Source: a candidate division FCPU426 bacterium
GTDB lineage: Bacteria; Oederibacteriota; Muellerivitia; Muellerivitales; Muellerivitaceae
Assembly: GCA_963830915.1 (NCBI GenBank)
Contig: CAWHOE010000027.1
Location: 32,001 to 96,000 of the forward strand
Direction of reading: 5' to 3'
Length of the DNA: 64,000 nucleotides
The position numbers and the translations under genes were made by a program. Positions 49,927 through 61,565 of this stretch are shown in pieces. The notes below the pieces were generated by a model. That model was not told the origin of the DNA. It saw only the letters and a program-made list of their open reading frames with translations, and searched no databases. Position 1 is the first letter of the stretch; each line of letters starts with the position of its first letter.

Positions 49927-52219
49927 TTATTTATTGCGGGAATCCAAGTTCACGTTACCAAGATCGTCGGTTGGCGGTAAATCCAGGTCTTTGGGGGCTT
50001 TCACATCCGAATCCTGCAAGGGCGGAAGGGCTAAGCCCATGTCGTCAGCGGGAGGTGCACTGGCCTTAGCACCATTCGAATTATTGGTGGTTGAGGCCGA
50101 AGCGTTTGAATTACTGGGTGAGGTAGCCGAAGGTGCGCCAGTCCCAAGGTCCAAAGGTGGGGCTTGCATGCCATCTATATCAGATTTGACGCCATCCAAA
50201 GCTTGCAAAGCGTTTTGTTGTGAATTGGTCGGTTCAGTACTTTGCGCCGGAGCGGCGGCCGGCTCGGAAACTACCGGTTGGTTGTTCGTGACCGGAGGGG
50301 CCTGGGTCACAGCGCTTGCCGCAGGAGCGGTGGCTGGAGCGACTGGCGCCTGAGTGGAACTTTCCAAAGCTGGAGGCGGTGGAACTTGATCATTCGTGGA
50401 TGGAGCGATTGTTCCGGTCGCCGGCTGGCTGCCACCCGGGACTTGAGGAACGGTCTCAGCGGCAGGCGGAGGAGGAGGCACCTGATCATTCCCTACAGCG
50501 GGGGCGGTGGCCGGGGGTGGCGGGGCCGTGATAGCGGTAGACGGAGCGGGAGCGGTCGAGGCGTTACTACCGGCTTCCACATCCGGGGGCGGCGGCACTT
50601 CATCCGCGCTAGCCGGCGCGTTGGAAACAGGAGCTGCCGGGATTGATTGAGTGGTCGCGGGAGCGGCCGGTTGGCTGGCAGCGGGCAAAGGAGGGGCCGC
50701 GACAGGTACGGAAGGCGGGTTTTCAGAAAGTGAAGGTGGTAATTCGATCTCCGGACCAGGAGGTATCAAACTGGTTTCAGGTAGCGCAGGTACAGCTGGC
50801 ACGTTGGATGAGCTTGCCGATGGAGCCTGAACAGCCGGAGCGGCCTCTTCCGAGGGCGGTGGTGGAGGTGTGGATGTATCAGCCGTAGTTGGCGGCGGGG
50901 GAGGTGCGGTTGTTTCAGCCGGAGCCGCCGGGGAGGGAGCCACTGGTGCCGCTGATTCAGCCGGGGTTGAGGGTTGAGGTTCCTCGATCACCGTGGTGAA
51001 AGAAGTATTTCCTGTAGGGGAAATTTTTTGTTCCTCGGGAAGAACAAGGGGTTTCAATTTATGGGGAGCTGGCGGAAGGGCCTTCACTTTGGCCACACCG
51101 GTGGGCGCCAAGGTCTCCTCGGGAGCCGACACTTCAGCTGGCGCGGCGGTTTCCACGGCGGGAGCTTCAGCGGCTGTGGCTTCCGCGACGGGAGCTTCGG
51201 GCTGGGCTGGCTGTTCGACGGCGGTCGTTTCCTCGTTCTTTGGCTGGGGTACGGGAAGAGCCGGTGCTTCCGGAGCGGTCGTCGAGGCTTCTTGGGCTTT
51301 TGCCTTAGCCTCCGCCTCTTTCTTGGCTTTTAAGGCTTGCAAACCTTCTTCTTCCTTCAGTTTTTTCAATGCGAGTTTCTCGGCTTTTTCCTCGCGTCTT
51401 TCCTTGGCAGCCATTTTGTTGGACATATCCAGGGTTATGGCTGGCAATTGGGTCTGTATATAGACCCTTAGGACATCCTTCAGGGATTTCATGGGTTCCA
51501 GGCTGACCGAACCCTGTATCTTGGGTAGAACGGCCTTTTCATCAGTCGTGCCCCAGAAGTTATTCCCTAACTTATAAGGAGGCGTGTTGTTGATGACCTC
51601 GACCATATTGTCATGGATGCTGTTATTCGTGAAATAGAATTCGGCAAAGCTTTTGAGGAACAACCCATAGGTGTTATTGACGATCGTATTGAATGAGACA
51701 TTCGCCCTGACCTTGCCATCGGTGACGATACCCGTGGCGTTCCCGAAGATCTTGTTGTTCTTAAGATGAGCTTGGGTGGTTCCCTGCAGGTAAAGACCGC
51801 TCCCTTTTGTAACCTCGCAGCCATTCATGGAAAGTTCAGCGTCCCGAGCCAGGATGATACCGCTCAAGATCCTCGCGTTGGAGAGGCGAACATCACCGCC
51901 ATTGATGAACAATTCGCTTTGAAGGCCGCCTTGCTGCATATCGAATACCACGGGGGAAGCCGCGTCGCCAAGGACCTCAAGGGTTCCGTCTACCTCGATC
52001 TCGGCAGCACCGGAGTAGATCACCTGGACCCCCGGGCCGATGGTCAGGACCGTTCCTTTAGGCACTACGACCTTCCCTTGGACCTGGTAGGGATTGCCAT
52101 TCGCGTCCCAATGGGTATCGGTCAAAAGAGTGGTGGGGTACTTGCGTGGAAGCGCTAAGTGAAATGCATGTAAAGAACGAGAGGAAAAAAATGGAAATAA
52201 AAGATGTGGTTTGCTTCAT
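49927..52219 (-). CDS. Secreted right-handed beta-helix protein with coiled-coil and long Pro/Ala-rich tail (frameshift near 52135)
   Basis: Signal peptide MKQTTSFISIFF... upstream of the track ORF; NPY.V.G...V..G..LTI.PGV and NN.I..N repeats, NNFWG; over 400 aa of low complexity. Confidence 0.7.
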
Positions 52220-52411
52220 CACTAGGTCATTAACCCCGAATGAAAGAATATAAGGACAAACCCTGCGCCCTCTAAGGAAAACGAAAGTACTATAACATAA
52301 ATCGACATTTACGAAATCACAAACGAGGCTCTAAACCATTTTTCACGGGCAAATATTGACCGGGGTGAGATGGTCTATACCACCCCACCACCGGTTAAAA
52401 CATTAAACAAC

Positions 52412-52449
52412 GAGCCTTTAGGCTCCCGCTTAAGGAGACCCAAAGGCTT
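52412..52449 (-). terminator. Probable terminator after ppdK
   Basis: AGCCTTT.GG.CTCC...GGAG.CC.AAAGGCT imperfect stem directly after the stop codon. Confidence 0.55.
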
Positions 52450-52464
52450 TAAAGAGCTTAAATT

Positions 52465-55253
52465 TTACTTAGAGGAATATTCTTTGCTACCCTTTTTCGA
52501 GTGTTTGAGCGCGGCTTGGGCCGCCGCCAAACGGGCGATAGGGACCCGGTAAGGTGAGCAGGAGACGTAATTCAATCCCACCATATGGCAGAACTCGACG
52601 GAATTGGGATCCCCGCCGTGCTCCCCGCAAATCCCCACCTTCAGCTTGGGCTTCACTGATCGGCCCTTTTCCACGCGCCATTTTGACCAGCTGGCCGACG
52701 CCGCCCCGGTCCAAGACCTGGAAGGGATCCTTCTCGAAGATCGCCGTGGTCCTGGTAATAACGGATGATCTTCGCGGTATCGTCCCGTGAAAACCCGAAG
52801 GTGGTCTGGGTCAGGTCATTGGTCCCAAAGCTGAAGAACTCAGCTTCTTCAGCGATCTTGTCGGCCGTGACGGCCGCCCGGGGAAGCTCGATCATGGTCC
52901 CGATCATGTATTCCAGCTTGACGCCGTATTTCTTGATGGTCTCCTCGGCTTTTTTGATGACGATGGCCTTCTGGTTCTTCAATTCGAGCCACGTCCCCGA
53001 CCAGCGGGATCATGATCTCAGGGATGATCTTCTTGCCTTTCTTCACCAATTCGCAGGCCGCGGCGATGACAGCCTCGGTCTGCATTTCGGTGATCTCAGG
53101 ATAAGTGATTCCCAGCGGCAGCCCCGGTGGCCCAGCATGGGGTTGAACTCGTGGAGTTCCTCCACCCGGGCCAAGAGCTTCTTGGCCTTATCCAGCTCGG
53201 ACCCTCTTCCTTACCAGTTCCAAGGCCTTCTTGATGATCTCGTTGGTTGTGGTGTTTTCCGGTGGCTTCCATCGTGGCGATCTCCACCATCAGTTCCTCC
53301 CGTTCGGGCAGGAACTCATGCAGGGGGGATCCAGGAAGCGAACGGTGACCGGATGGCCTTCCATGGCCTCGAACAACCCCTTGAAGTCGGATTGCTGCAT
53401 GGGCAGGAGTTTTTCCAGGGCCTTGCGGCGGGAAGCCTCATCGGTGGCTAGGATCATGGCTTGCATGTGGGGCAGCCGGTCCTCGGCGAAGAACATATGC
53501 TCGGTACGGCATAACCCGATGCCCTCGGCCCCGAAAGCGCGGGCCACCTTGGCGTCCCGCGGGATGTCGGCGTTGGCCCGGACCTTAAGGGTGCGGGTTG
53601 CGTCCGCCCAGCTCATCAGTGTGGCGAAATCCCCGGAAAGCTCCGGGTCCATGGTCGGCACCTTGCCCGTTGATGACTTCGCCGGTGGAGCCATTGAGGG
53701 AAATCCAATCCCCTTCTTTGACAGTGACCGTCCCCGACCGAGAACTTACTGGCTGTGTTCATCCACCTTGATGGACTTCGCAGCCGGCCACGCAAGTCTT
53801 GCCCATGCCCCGGGCCACGACCGCCGCGTGGCTGGTCATGCCCCCGCGGGCGGTCAGGATGCCCTCGGCGGCATCCATGCCATGGATGTCGTCGGGAGAG
53901 GTTTCCAGGCGGACCAGGATCACTTTTTTACCGTCAGCTTTCCATTCCACGGCCACATCGGCGGTGAAGACCGCCTGGCCGGTGGCGGCGCCGGGCGAGG
54001 CCGGCAGGCCCTTGGTGATGACGTCCTTCTTGGCCTTCGGGTCGAACACGGGATGCAGCAATTGGTCGAGCTGGATGGGCTCGACGCGCATGAAGGCCTC
54101 TTCCTTGGTGATGAGCTTCTCGGCCACCAGGTCGATGGCGATCTTGACGGCCGCGGCCGCGGTGCGTTTGCCCGTGCGGGTCTGCAGCATGAAGAGCTTG
54201 CCCTTCTCGATGGTGAACTCGAAGTCCTGGATATCGCGGTAGTGCTTTTCCAGCTTCTTGGTGGTGTCATAGAGCTGTTTGAACACCTTGGGCATGTCTT
54301 TTTCCAGGTGCGTGATGGGCTGGGGCGTGCGGACGCCCGCCACGACGTCCTCGCCCTGGGCGTTCAACAGATACTCGCCATAGAATTTCTTCTCGCCGGT
54401 GGCCGGGTTGCGGGTGAAATCCAACGCCCGTTCCCGAATCGTCGCCCATGTTGCCGAACACCATGGATTGCACGTTGACGGCCGTCCCGATGTTGTGGGG
54501 AATGTCGTTCTGTTTACGGTAATAGATGGCCCGGTCGTTCATCCAGGAACGGAAAACGGCGTCCCTGGCGCCCCGAAGCTGTTCCATGACATCCTGCGGA
54601 AAAGCGTGGCCCGTTTTCTCTTTAATTAGCTTCTTGAATTGCTCGACCATATCCTTCAGGTCGGCGGCGGTCAGGTCGGTATCGAGCTTGACATGCTTGG
54701 CTTCCTTCACCTTGTCGATGACCCGTTCGAACACTTCTTTGCCCATCTCCATCACCACGTTGCCGTACATCTGCACGAAACGGCGGTAGGAATCCCAGGC
54801 AAAACGCTCGTTGTTGGTGGAGGCGATCAAACCCTTCACCGTCTCATCGTTCAATCCCAGGTTGAGGATGGTATCCATCATGCCGGGCATGGAGAACTTG
54901 GCACCCGAGCGGACCGAAACCAACAGGGGGTTATTGCGGTCCCCGAACTTCTTTCCCAGGGCCTTTTCCAGTCGGGCCAAATGGGTCTGCATTTCCTTGT
55001 CGATGGAGGCCGGAACCTTCTTGCCGGCCTCGTAATAGATACGGCAGGTCTCGGTGGTAATGGTGAATCCCGGGGGAACAGGAACCCCGGCGTTGGTCAT
55101 CTCGGCCAACCCGGCGCCCTTGCCTCCCAGGACATCCTTCATGGTGCCGGTTCCTTCGGCTTTACCGTTGCCGAAGAAATAAACGAACTTGCTGGATTTT
55201 TTGGCGGACTTGGCTGCGGAGTCTTTCTTTTGCGACTTTGCTTTTTTCGGCAT
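52465..55253 (-). CDS. ppdK: Pyruvate, phosphate dikinase (several frameshifts)
   Basis: [38 protein letters not shown] phospho-His motif, [28 protein letters not shown]. Confidence 0.96.
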
Positions 55254-55435
55254 TTCTTCCTCCCTGGAATGGAACGGCGGTTTCAAAATATTTTTAAGCG
55301 TGGTAAAGGAGCATTAAAATGGCCCTCATTGTAGCAAACACTTTTGCCTTTGCAATGACAGCTATCACAATCAAAGCGTAACGATAAACAACATCGCAAT
55401 CTTGGAAAAATTAAGGTTTAACGACATTTTTGTCG

Positions 55436-57551
55436 TTACGAGGCGGGAGCCGCTTCTGAGGAATAAACCAACTTTCCGAAATCACACAACACCAGAAGGA
55501 GTTCGGAAGTTTGTTTCAACAAGGCCAATCGATTATTCCGGACCTTGGCGTTCTTATCCATGACCATCACCTTTTCAAAGAAAGCATGGATCGGCTGGAC
55601 CAGGGTATTCAAGTGGTCGATGACATCCTCGTAAAAGGTGGGGCTTTGGGGATCAAGATCGGCGATCAGTTTTTTCGCGAACAACATCTTTTCCAAAAGT
55701 TCCTTTTCCTCGTTCAATTTGAAAAGCGCCTTGGAGATCTTTTCGGAGATCCTTTTGTTTGGGCAGGATGCGCAGCACACGTCCAGCCGCGGTCACCAAG
55801 TCCTGGAATTCCTTCTCTTGTTTATGCCGCTGGATGATCTCGGCCTTACCGACCATGTCGGTCAGGGATGGAGAAGGAGACCCCAGGGCGGCGTTGATGA
55901 CATCATAGGATAGTCCACGGGATTCCAGGACACTTTGGAACCGTCCCTTCACGAACTCCAGTATCTCCTCGATCTCACCCGGCTTGACCTTGCCTTCGTA
56001 CTGTTTCCGGGCGGCTTTGACCAGATCTTCCATGGAAACGGGATAGCGGTGTTCCAAGATGATCAGGATGACCCCCAAGACCTGGCGTCTCAGGGCGAAG
56101 GGGTCCTGGGAACCGGTCGGGATCAATCCCGCCTTGAAACATCCGACCATGGTGTCGACCTTGTCGGCGATGGACAGAAGACAGGATTCACGGGTAGGCG
56201 GCAAGACGTCCCCCGAGAAACGGGGATAATAATGATATTGGATGGCATCGCCTTCGGACTCCCGGCCCTGCTTCTTGGCGTAGATCCCGCCCATATAGCC
56301 TTGGAGACTATTGAATTCTTTTTCCCGGATGATGTTGGTCGCCAGGTCCGCCTTGCAAAGAAGGGCGGCCCCGCCCAAAGCCTTTTCCATCTCTTTGGGG
56401 GCATGGCAGAGCTCGGCGACTTTTTTGACGAGTTTCTCAAGACGGGCGGACTTATCCGCCATGGTTCCCATGCCTTCCAGCCAGGTGATCCCATTGAGCT
56501 TTTCGGCCCACTCTTCCAGCGGGATCTTCATATCCTCGGACACGAAAAATTTGGCGTCCTCCAAACGGGCCTTCAAGACCCCCTCATTGGCCCTGGTCAC
56601 GACGGACTTGTCCTTGGGAGTCCCATTGATGACACCGATGAAATGGGGAAGGAGTTTTCCGCCCTGGTCCCGGACGGCGAAGTATTTTTGATGCTCCCTC
56701 ATGGCCGTCACGATGACCGCGTCGGGCAATTCCAGGTACTTGGGGTCAAAGGACCCCATGATCACGTCGGGACTTTCAATGAGATTGTTCACATCGCTCA
56801 ACAGGTCCGGGTCCTGGGGTACGACACATCCCTTTTCGGCGGCCGTTTGCTGGACCTTGTTCCAGATGGAGCTCTTTCTCTCGTCCGGATCCACGATGAC
56901 CCCGGCCTGCCGTAGGACCTCCAGATAATCCCCCGCTTCCTCTATATCCAAGGCCCCTTTCTTGAGGGACCTCAACCCGTAGGTTTCCCGGCTGCTATAA
57001 AGGCCGGCGATCTCGAAGGATATGACGCTTCGCGAGAAGACCGAACAGATCCATCGGATAGGCCTGGCGAACTGGAAATCACCGTTCCCCCAGCGTTGGA
57101 CCTTGGGAAAGCGGATCTTTTTGATGACTTCGGGGAATACTTCGGCCAGTATCTCGGAGGTCAATCGTCCTCCCGATTTTTTGATGGCTACCACCACCTC
57201 GCCTTTGGGGGTTTGTTTGCGTTTCAAGGCAGCGGCTGAAATTCCTTGGGCCTTGGCGAAACCCTCCCCCGCGCGGGTCGGCAACCCGTGTTCATCAAAG
57301 GCTATCGACACCAGGGGACCAGTCACTTCCTTGGCCACATCCTGCTGCATCTCGGGAAGGCCCTTGAAGAAAAGAGTCAGTCGGCGGGGCGTGTAATAGG
57401 TATAAAGGCGCTGGAAAGCGATCCGGTGTTCCCGCAGGGAAGCTTCCGCGGCCGAGACCATCTGGTCGATCGCCGGGCGTATATAGGAGGACGGCAGTTC
57501 CTCACAGCCGATCTCCAATACCGCGTCTTTTAGAATGATCGAATGATCCAA
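55436..57551 (-). CDS. glyS: Glycine--tRNA ligase beta subunit (frameshift near 55775)
   Basis: LEIGCEELP, TPRRL, FARPIRW, HQKYF, PTGSQDPFALRR; C-terminal FFEKVMVM...RNNRLALL. Confidence 0.95.
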
Positions 57552-57563
57552 TTTCCTATCCGT

Positions 57564-58445
57564 TCAAGCTTTCTTTAACAGCGGGAAACCCAGGGCTTCC
57601 CTTTCCTTCACGTAGGCGGTCGCAACCCCTTTGGCCATAGCCCGGACCCGGCCAATGTAATTGGTCCTTTCGGCCACCGATATGGCCCCTCGGGCGTCCA
57701 ATAGGTTGAAAGTATGGGATGCCTTGATGACGTAATCGTAAGCCGGCGCCACCAGGCCAAGCTCCAACAGCCGTTTTACTTCGCCCTCGAAGTCCTTGAA
57801 ATGGCGAAGCAGCATCTTGGTATTGGCGTGCTCGAAATTGAAGGCCGAGAAGGCCTTTTCGCTCGGATGGAAGATGTCCCGGTAGGTGATGTTCTTCCCG
57901 CCGTAATGAAGGTCCCAAACGCTATCCACGCCTTGGATGACAGTGGCGATGCGCTCCAGACCGAAAGTGATCTCCCCGGAGACGGGTTTCAATTCCAAGC
58001 CCCCGGTGGTCTGGAAAAAGGTGAACTGGGTGATCTCGATGCCGTCCATCCAGACCTGCCAGCCCAAACCGGAAGCCCCCAAGGTCGGCGATTCCCAGTC
58101 GTCCTCGACGAAACGGATATCATGCTCGTCTTGCTTGATGCCGATCTGTTCCAGGCTCTCCAGGTAAAGTTCCACCATGTTGTCGGGCGAGGGTTTCAGG
58201 ATGATCTGATACTGGTAATAATGCTGCATGCGGTTAGGGTTCTCGCCGTAACGTCCATCCTTGGGACGACGGCAGGGATCCACATAAGCCACTTGGTAGG
58301 GTTCGGGACCCAGGACTCGGAAAAAGGTGGCGGGGTTGAAAGTACCGGCCCCTTTTTCCATGTCATAGGGCTGTTGGATGATGCATCCCTGACGGCTCCA
58401 GAAATGGTCGAGGTTTAGGATGAGTTCTTGGAACGAAAGCGCCAT
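57564..58445 (-). CDS. glyQ: Glycine--tRNA ligase alpha subunit
   Basis: [42 protein letters not shown]. Confidence 0.97.
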   Translation of the reverse strand: MALSFQELILNLDHFWSRQGCIIQQPYDMEKGAGTFNPATFFRVLGPEPYQVAYVDPCRRPKDGRYGENPNRMQHYYQYQIILKPSPDNMVELYLESLEQIGIKQDEHDIRFVEDDWESPTLGASGLGWQVWMDGIEITQFTFFQTTGGLELKPVSGEITFGLERIATVIQGVDSVWDLHYGGKNITYRDIFHPSEKAFSAFNFEHANTKMLLRHFKDFEGEVKRLLELGLVAPAYDYVIKASHTFNLLDARGAISVAERTNYIGRVRAMAKGVATAYVKEREALGFPLLKKA

Positions 58446-58568
58446 CGAATTCCCTTATGTTTTGATGTCCTGCCCTGGCCTCGGGTTTTTCAAACCCAAT
58501 GGCCCGGAACGCCCCCCAATATAAAGCATTTATCCGGGACGGCATAGCCCCACATCCAATATGAGGTC

Positions 58569-58601
58569 AAAAAAAAAGCCCCCGATCTCTCGGGGGCTTT
58601 T
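58569..58601 (-). terminator. Rho-independent terminator after the cold-shock gene
   Basis: AAAAGCCCCCGA-TCTC-TCGGGGGCTTTT hairpin with long T-run on the minus strand. Confidence 0.88.
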
Positions 58602-58620
58602 AATGAACCGCCTGGATCGT

Positions 58621-58821
58621 TCAGATTTTACGGACGTTTTCGGCCTTTAAACCCTTGTCACCCTTGGCCACGTCGAATTCCACTCGATCGCCTTCGTTCA
58701 GGCTTTTGAATCCATCGCTCTGGATGGCTGAATAGTGAACGAACACATCGTCACCGCCGTCCTGTGAGATAAAACCAAAACCCTTTTCGTTCTTGAACCA
58801 CTTGACTGTCCCTTGAGCCAT
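58621..58821 (-). CDS. Cold-shock protein (CspA family)
   Basis: GTVKWF...[23 protein letters not shown]. Confidence 0.96.
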   Translation of the reverse strand: MAQGTVKWFKNEKGFGFISQDGGDDVFVHYSAIQSDGFKSLNEGDRVEFDVAKGDKGLKAENVRKI

Positions 58822-59018
58822 TCCGCTAACCTCGACCTGATGAATTTAACAACCTCCATGGGCCCGAACCCAGAAGGCATTCATCTTACAAAAAAGTGCA
58901 TTTTTTGAGAACTTTTTTGGCGAACTAAATTCGATTTACCCCATGACTTAAAGTGGCGAAAGGTTATAATCGTGCTCGTTTAAGCTGTATATTTTGAACC
59001 TTTTATGGAGGGGAGCCC

Positions 59019-60248
59019 ATGAAAAAGTTCTTCATCGGTTTGTCTTTATTGTTACTGGTCTTGGCCCTGATCATCGCCGGTTTCGCGCTGTACATCCAAT
59101 TCACCGGCATCCCAAAATACCCCGTTGAAAAGATCGACCTGAAGGTGCAAAGCACGGCCCAGCGGGTGGCCCGCGGCCGGAAGCTGGTCAATATGCTTTG
59201 CGCCGACTGTCACTACGACCAACAGACCCATTCCCTGACGGGCAAACGCATGCTGGATTTGCCCCCATCCTTCGGGACCGCCTATTCAGCCAATATCACC
59301 CAACACCCGGTCAAGGGCATCGGGAACTGGACCGATGGACAGATCGCATGGTTCTTGCGGACAGGCATCAAACCCACGGGCGAGTATGTCCCTCCTTATA
59401 TGGTGAAGCTGAATGACCTGTCGGATGAGGACATGGCTTCCATGATCGCTTTCTTGAGGTCCAATGATGCCCTGGTAGCCGCCAAGGATGTGGACAGCGT
59501 CCCCTGCCGTCCTTCCTTCCTGGTCAAGTTCCTCAGCCACGTGGCTTTCCTGCCCCTGCCCTACCCCAAGGCCCCCATTGCCCACCCGGACCTGAAGGAC
59601 GAGGTGAAATACGGAAAGTACACCGCCCTTTCCGTGGCCAAATGCTACGAGTGCCACTCCGCCGACTTCAAGACCAATGTCGCCCTCTTTCCCGAGCGCT
59701 CCAAGGGGTTCATGGGAGGTGGTAACGCCATGAACGACGCCAACGGCAACACGGTCTACAGCGCCAACATCACCCCCGACACGGAAACGGGCATTGGCCG
59801 TTGGACCGAAGCACAGTTCGCCCGTGCCCTTCGGCAAGGTTTCCGCCCGGACAACACCGTCATCCGATATCCCATGGTGCTATATCCGGACCTGTCGAAC
59901 CAGGAGATCCATGACCTTTACTCTTATTTCAAGACCGTACCGGTCATCCATCATCAGGTCCCGCCCTCGACCGGCGTGGTCATGAGCGACGCCAACGCCT
60001 CAATAGGTAAAAAACTCTATTACAACTACTCTTGCGATACCTGCCATGGCACCACGGGAAATGGCAGCTGCGACCTGACTGGTTCCAACAAGGATTACCC
60101 GGACGACAAACAATTGAAGGGTTATATCCGGAACGCCTCCAATTATTTTCCAGATTCTAAGATGCCGACATGGCAAGGCGTCATCAAGGAAGAGGAATAC
60201 GGCCCCTTGATCAGCTATGTTCGGAGCCTTTCAGCCGGTAAAAAATAG
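59019..60248 (+). CDS. Membrane-anchored triheme cytochrome c
   Basis: N-terminal TM helix; CADCH, CYECH and CDTCH; repeated YSANIT..GIG.WT. Confidence 0.9.
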   Translation: MKKFFIGLSLLLLVLALIIAGFALYIQFTGIPKYPVEKIDLKVQSTAQRVARGRKLVNMLCADCHYDQQTHSLTGKRMLDLPPSFGTAYSANITQHPVKGIGNWTDGQIAWFLRTGIKPTGEYVPPYMVKLNDLSDEDMASMIAFLRSNDALVAAKDVDSVPCRPSFLVKFLSHVAFLPLPYPKAPIAHPDLKDEVKYGKYTALSVAKCYECHSADFKTNVALFPERSKGFMGGGNAMNDANGNTVYSANITPDTETGIGRWTEAQFARALRQGFRPDNTVIRYPMVLYPDLSNQEIHDLYSYFKTVPVIHHQVPPSTGVVMSDANASIGKKLYYNYSCDTCHGTTGNGSCDLTGSNKDYPDDKQLKGYIRNASNYFPDSKMPTWQGVIKEEEYGPLISYVRSLSAGKK

Positions 60249-60337
60249 GCATTTTGCGTTTCTTCGGGAGATCACTGGTGGTTCTTCCCCGTGATAGGTA
60301 GACTTTAAATCCTGAATGTCTTCCTCAAGGAATATCC

Positions 60338-60928
60338 ATGATCCGGTCGGCCGCTATCCCATTCCCTCTCTTCCTCGCTGTCTTGATCTTCCTGTGCTCC
60401 TGCCGGGCAGCGGCCCAATCGGGCGTTCCAAAGGAGGCTCTCAACGACCAGCCTGGGATCATCGAAACAAAGATGGGCCTTGTCTTGTATGGGATCATTG
60501 GCTCGGACACCGACTATTTCCTGAACGGAAAAAAGGTCAATGAGTTCCGCGATCTCAAAAGCCTCATCTACCCCCTTCACGACGCGGAGGCGTCCCAATT
60601 GATCCGGGACGCGGAGGACACGGACTTCGCCGCTTCCATGTTTTTCGCGGGTGGGACGATCGCGGGAGTCTATATCGCCCTGGCCTACAAACCCATGCCT
60701 TTCGTCGGCGTGGATTTCATTGACCGAATCAACACGGGGCTTTTCGCCGCCCAATTCTTATGGGCGCCCTCGTTCGTTTTCGGAACCATCTCGGGCGTCA
60801 AGAAATTCAACGCCGTCAAGAGATACAACGATTTGATCAAAGGGAGGGATAACACCGGCATCGACTTGAAACCGCGCGTTTTCGCCGCGAGAGGCGGCGG
60901 TGGATTCGGATTGGAATGTGACTTTTAG
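60338..60928 (+). CDS. Hypothetical lipoprotein/membrane protein
   Basis: Hydrophobic N-terminus with Cys, two internal hydrophobic segments, AVKRYN, C-terminal Phe. Confidence 0.55.
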   Translation: MIRSAAIPFPLFLAVLIFLCSCRAAAQSGVPKEALNDQPGIIETKMGLVLYGIIGSDTDYFLNGKKVNEFRDLKSLIYPLHDAEASQLIRDAEDTDFAASMFFAGGTIAGVYIALAYKPMPFVGVDFIDRINTGLFAAQFLWAPSFVFGTISGVKKFNAVKRYNDLIKGRDNTGIDLKPRVFAARGGGGFGLECDF

Positions 60929-61374
60929 GAGATCGTCAGGGCCAGGAACGCGAACTCCACCATCACCAGACCCAGCACGAAGATGGTGCCCACGATGAAC
61001 CAACCCCATCCATCCGTCGGGGGGCCTCCAACCAATGGCTTCTTGGCGGGCCAAACCTGGACGATATCACCCTTGACCGGTTGGAGTTGATCGGGCCAGA
61101 CCGGATAAAAACAGTAAACATGGTCAAATTTCTGCTTGCCGATGGCCACGGAGACATCAAAAATTCCACCCAATCGGCAGGCTGTCTTTATCTTCCCCAC
61201 ATGGTCGGAATATCCCGTTACTTTGGAACTCTGACCGCCCCGGGTCGTGGATAAACAAACGACTGGATAGATCAATAACAATAAAGCTACCGCCACGAAG
61301 ACCAGGGCCAAAAGACCGCCCAATGTTTTCATGAGGATGAGACGAATGACGGATTTCCAATTGGGCCAGGGCAT
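60925..61374 (-). CDS. Hypothetical membrane protein (two TM helices flanking a small soluble domain)
   Basis: Hydrophobic N- and C-terminal helices; convergent 4-bp overlap with the neighbour. Confidence 0.55.
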   Translation of the reverse strand: MPWPNWKSVIRLILMKTLGGLLALVFVAVALLLLIYPVVCLSTTRGGQSSKVTGYSDHVGKIKTACRLGGIFDVSVAIGKQKFDHVYCFYPVWPDQLQPVKGDIVQVWPAKKPLVGGPPTDGWGWFIVGTIFVLGLVMVEFAFLALTIS

Positions 61375-61502
61375 CGAAGGACCTTTGATGAGGTAATTTC
61401 AAAAACGGACTTTATTCTATATTTCGCCGGACGAATATCCCACTTAAAACAATGAAAAGCAAGTGTTGGCGCTTACCCGCGAGTTATCTGCAACTTCACA
61501 AC

Positions 61503-61542
61503 AAAAAAGAACGGCCCGCCATTAAAGCGAGCCGTTCTTTTT
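61503..61542. terminator. Intrinsic terminator (possibly bidirectional)
   Basis: AAAAAAGAACGGC.CGC-CATTAAA-GCG.GCCGTTCTTTTT. Confidence 0.8.
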
Positions 61543-61565
61543 AAATTATTTATATTCTAGCTAGT

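Noticed and set aside
52359..52395. Hairpin ACCGGGGTG...CACC.CCGGT downstream of the ppdK terminator
   Set aside because: Single imperfect hairpin with no second copy found in the window.
53790..54420. Very GC-rich block inside ppdK bounded by frameshifts (possible mosaic of reads or strains)
   Set aside because: Ala/Gly-rich coding and codon bias could explain it; cannot be separated from noise without reads.
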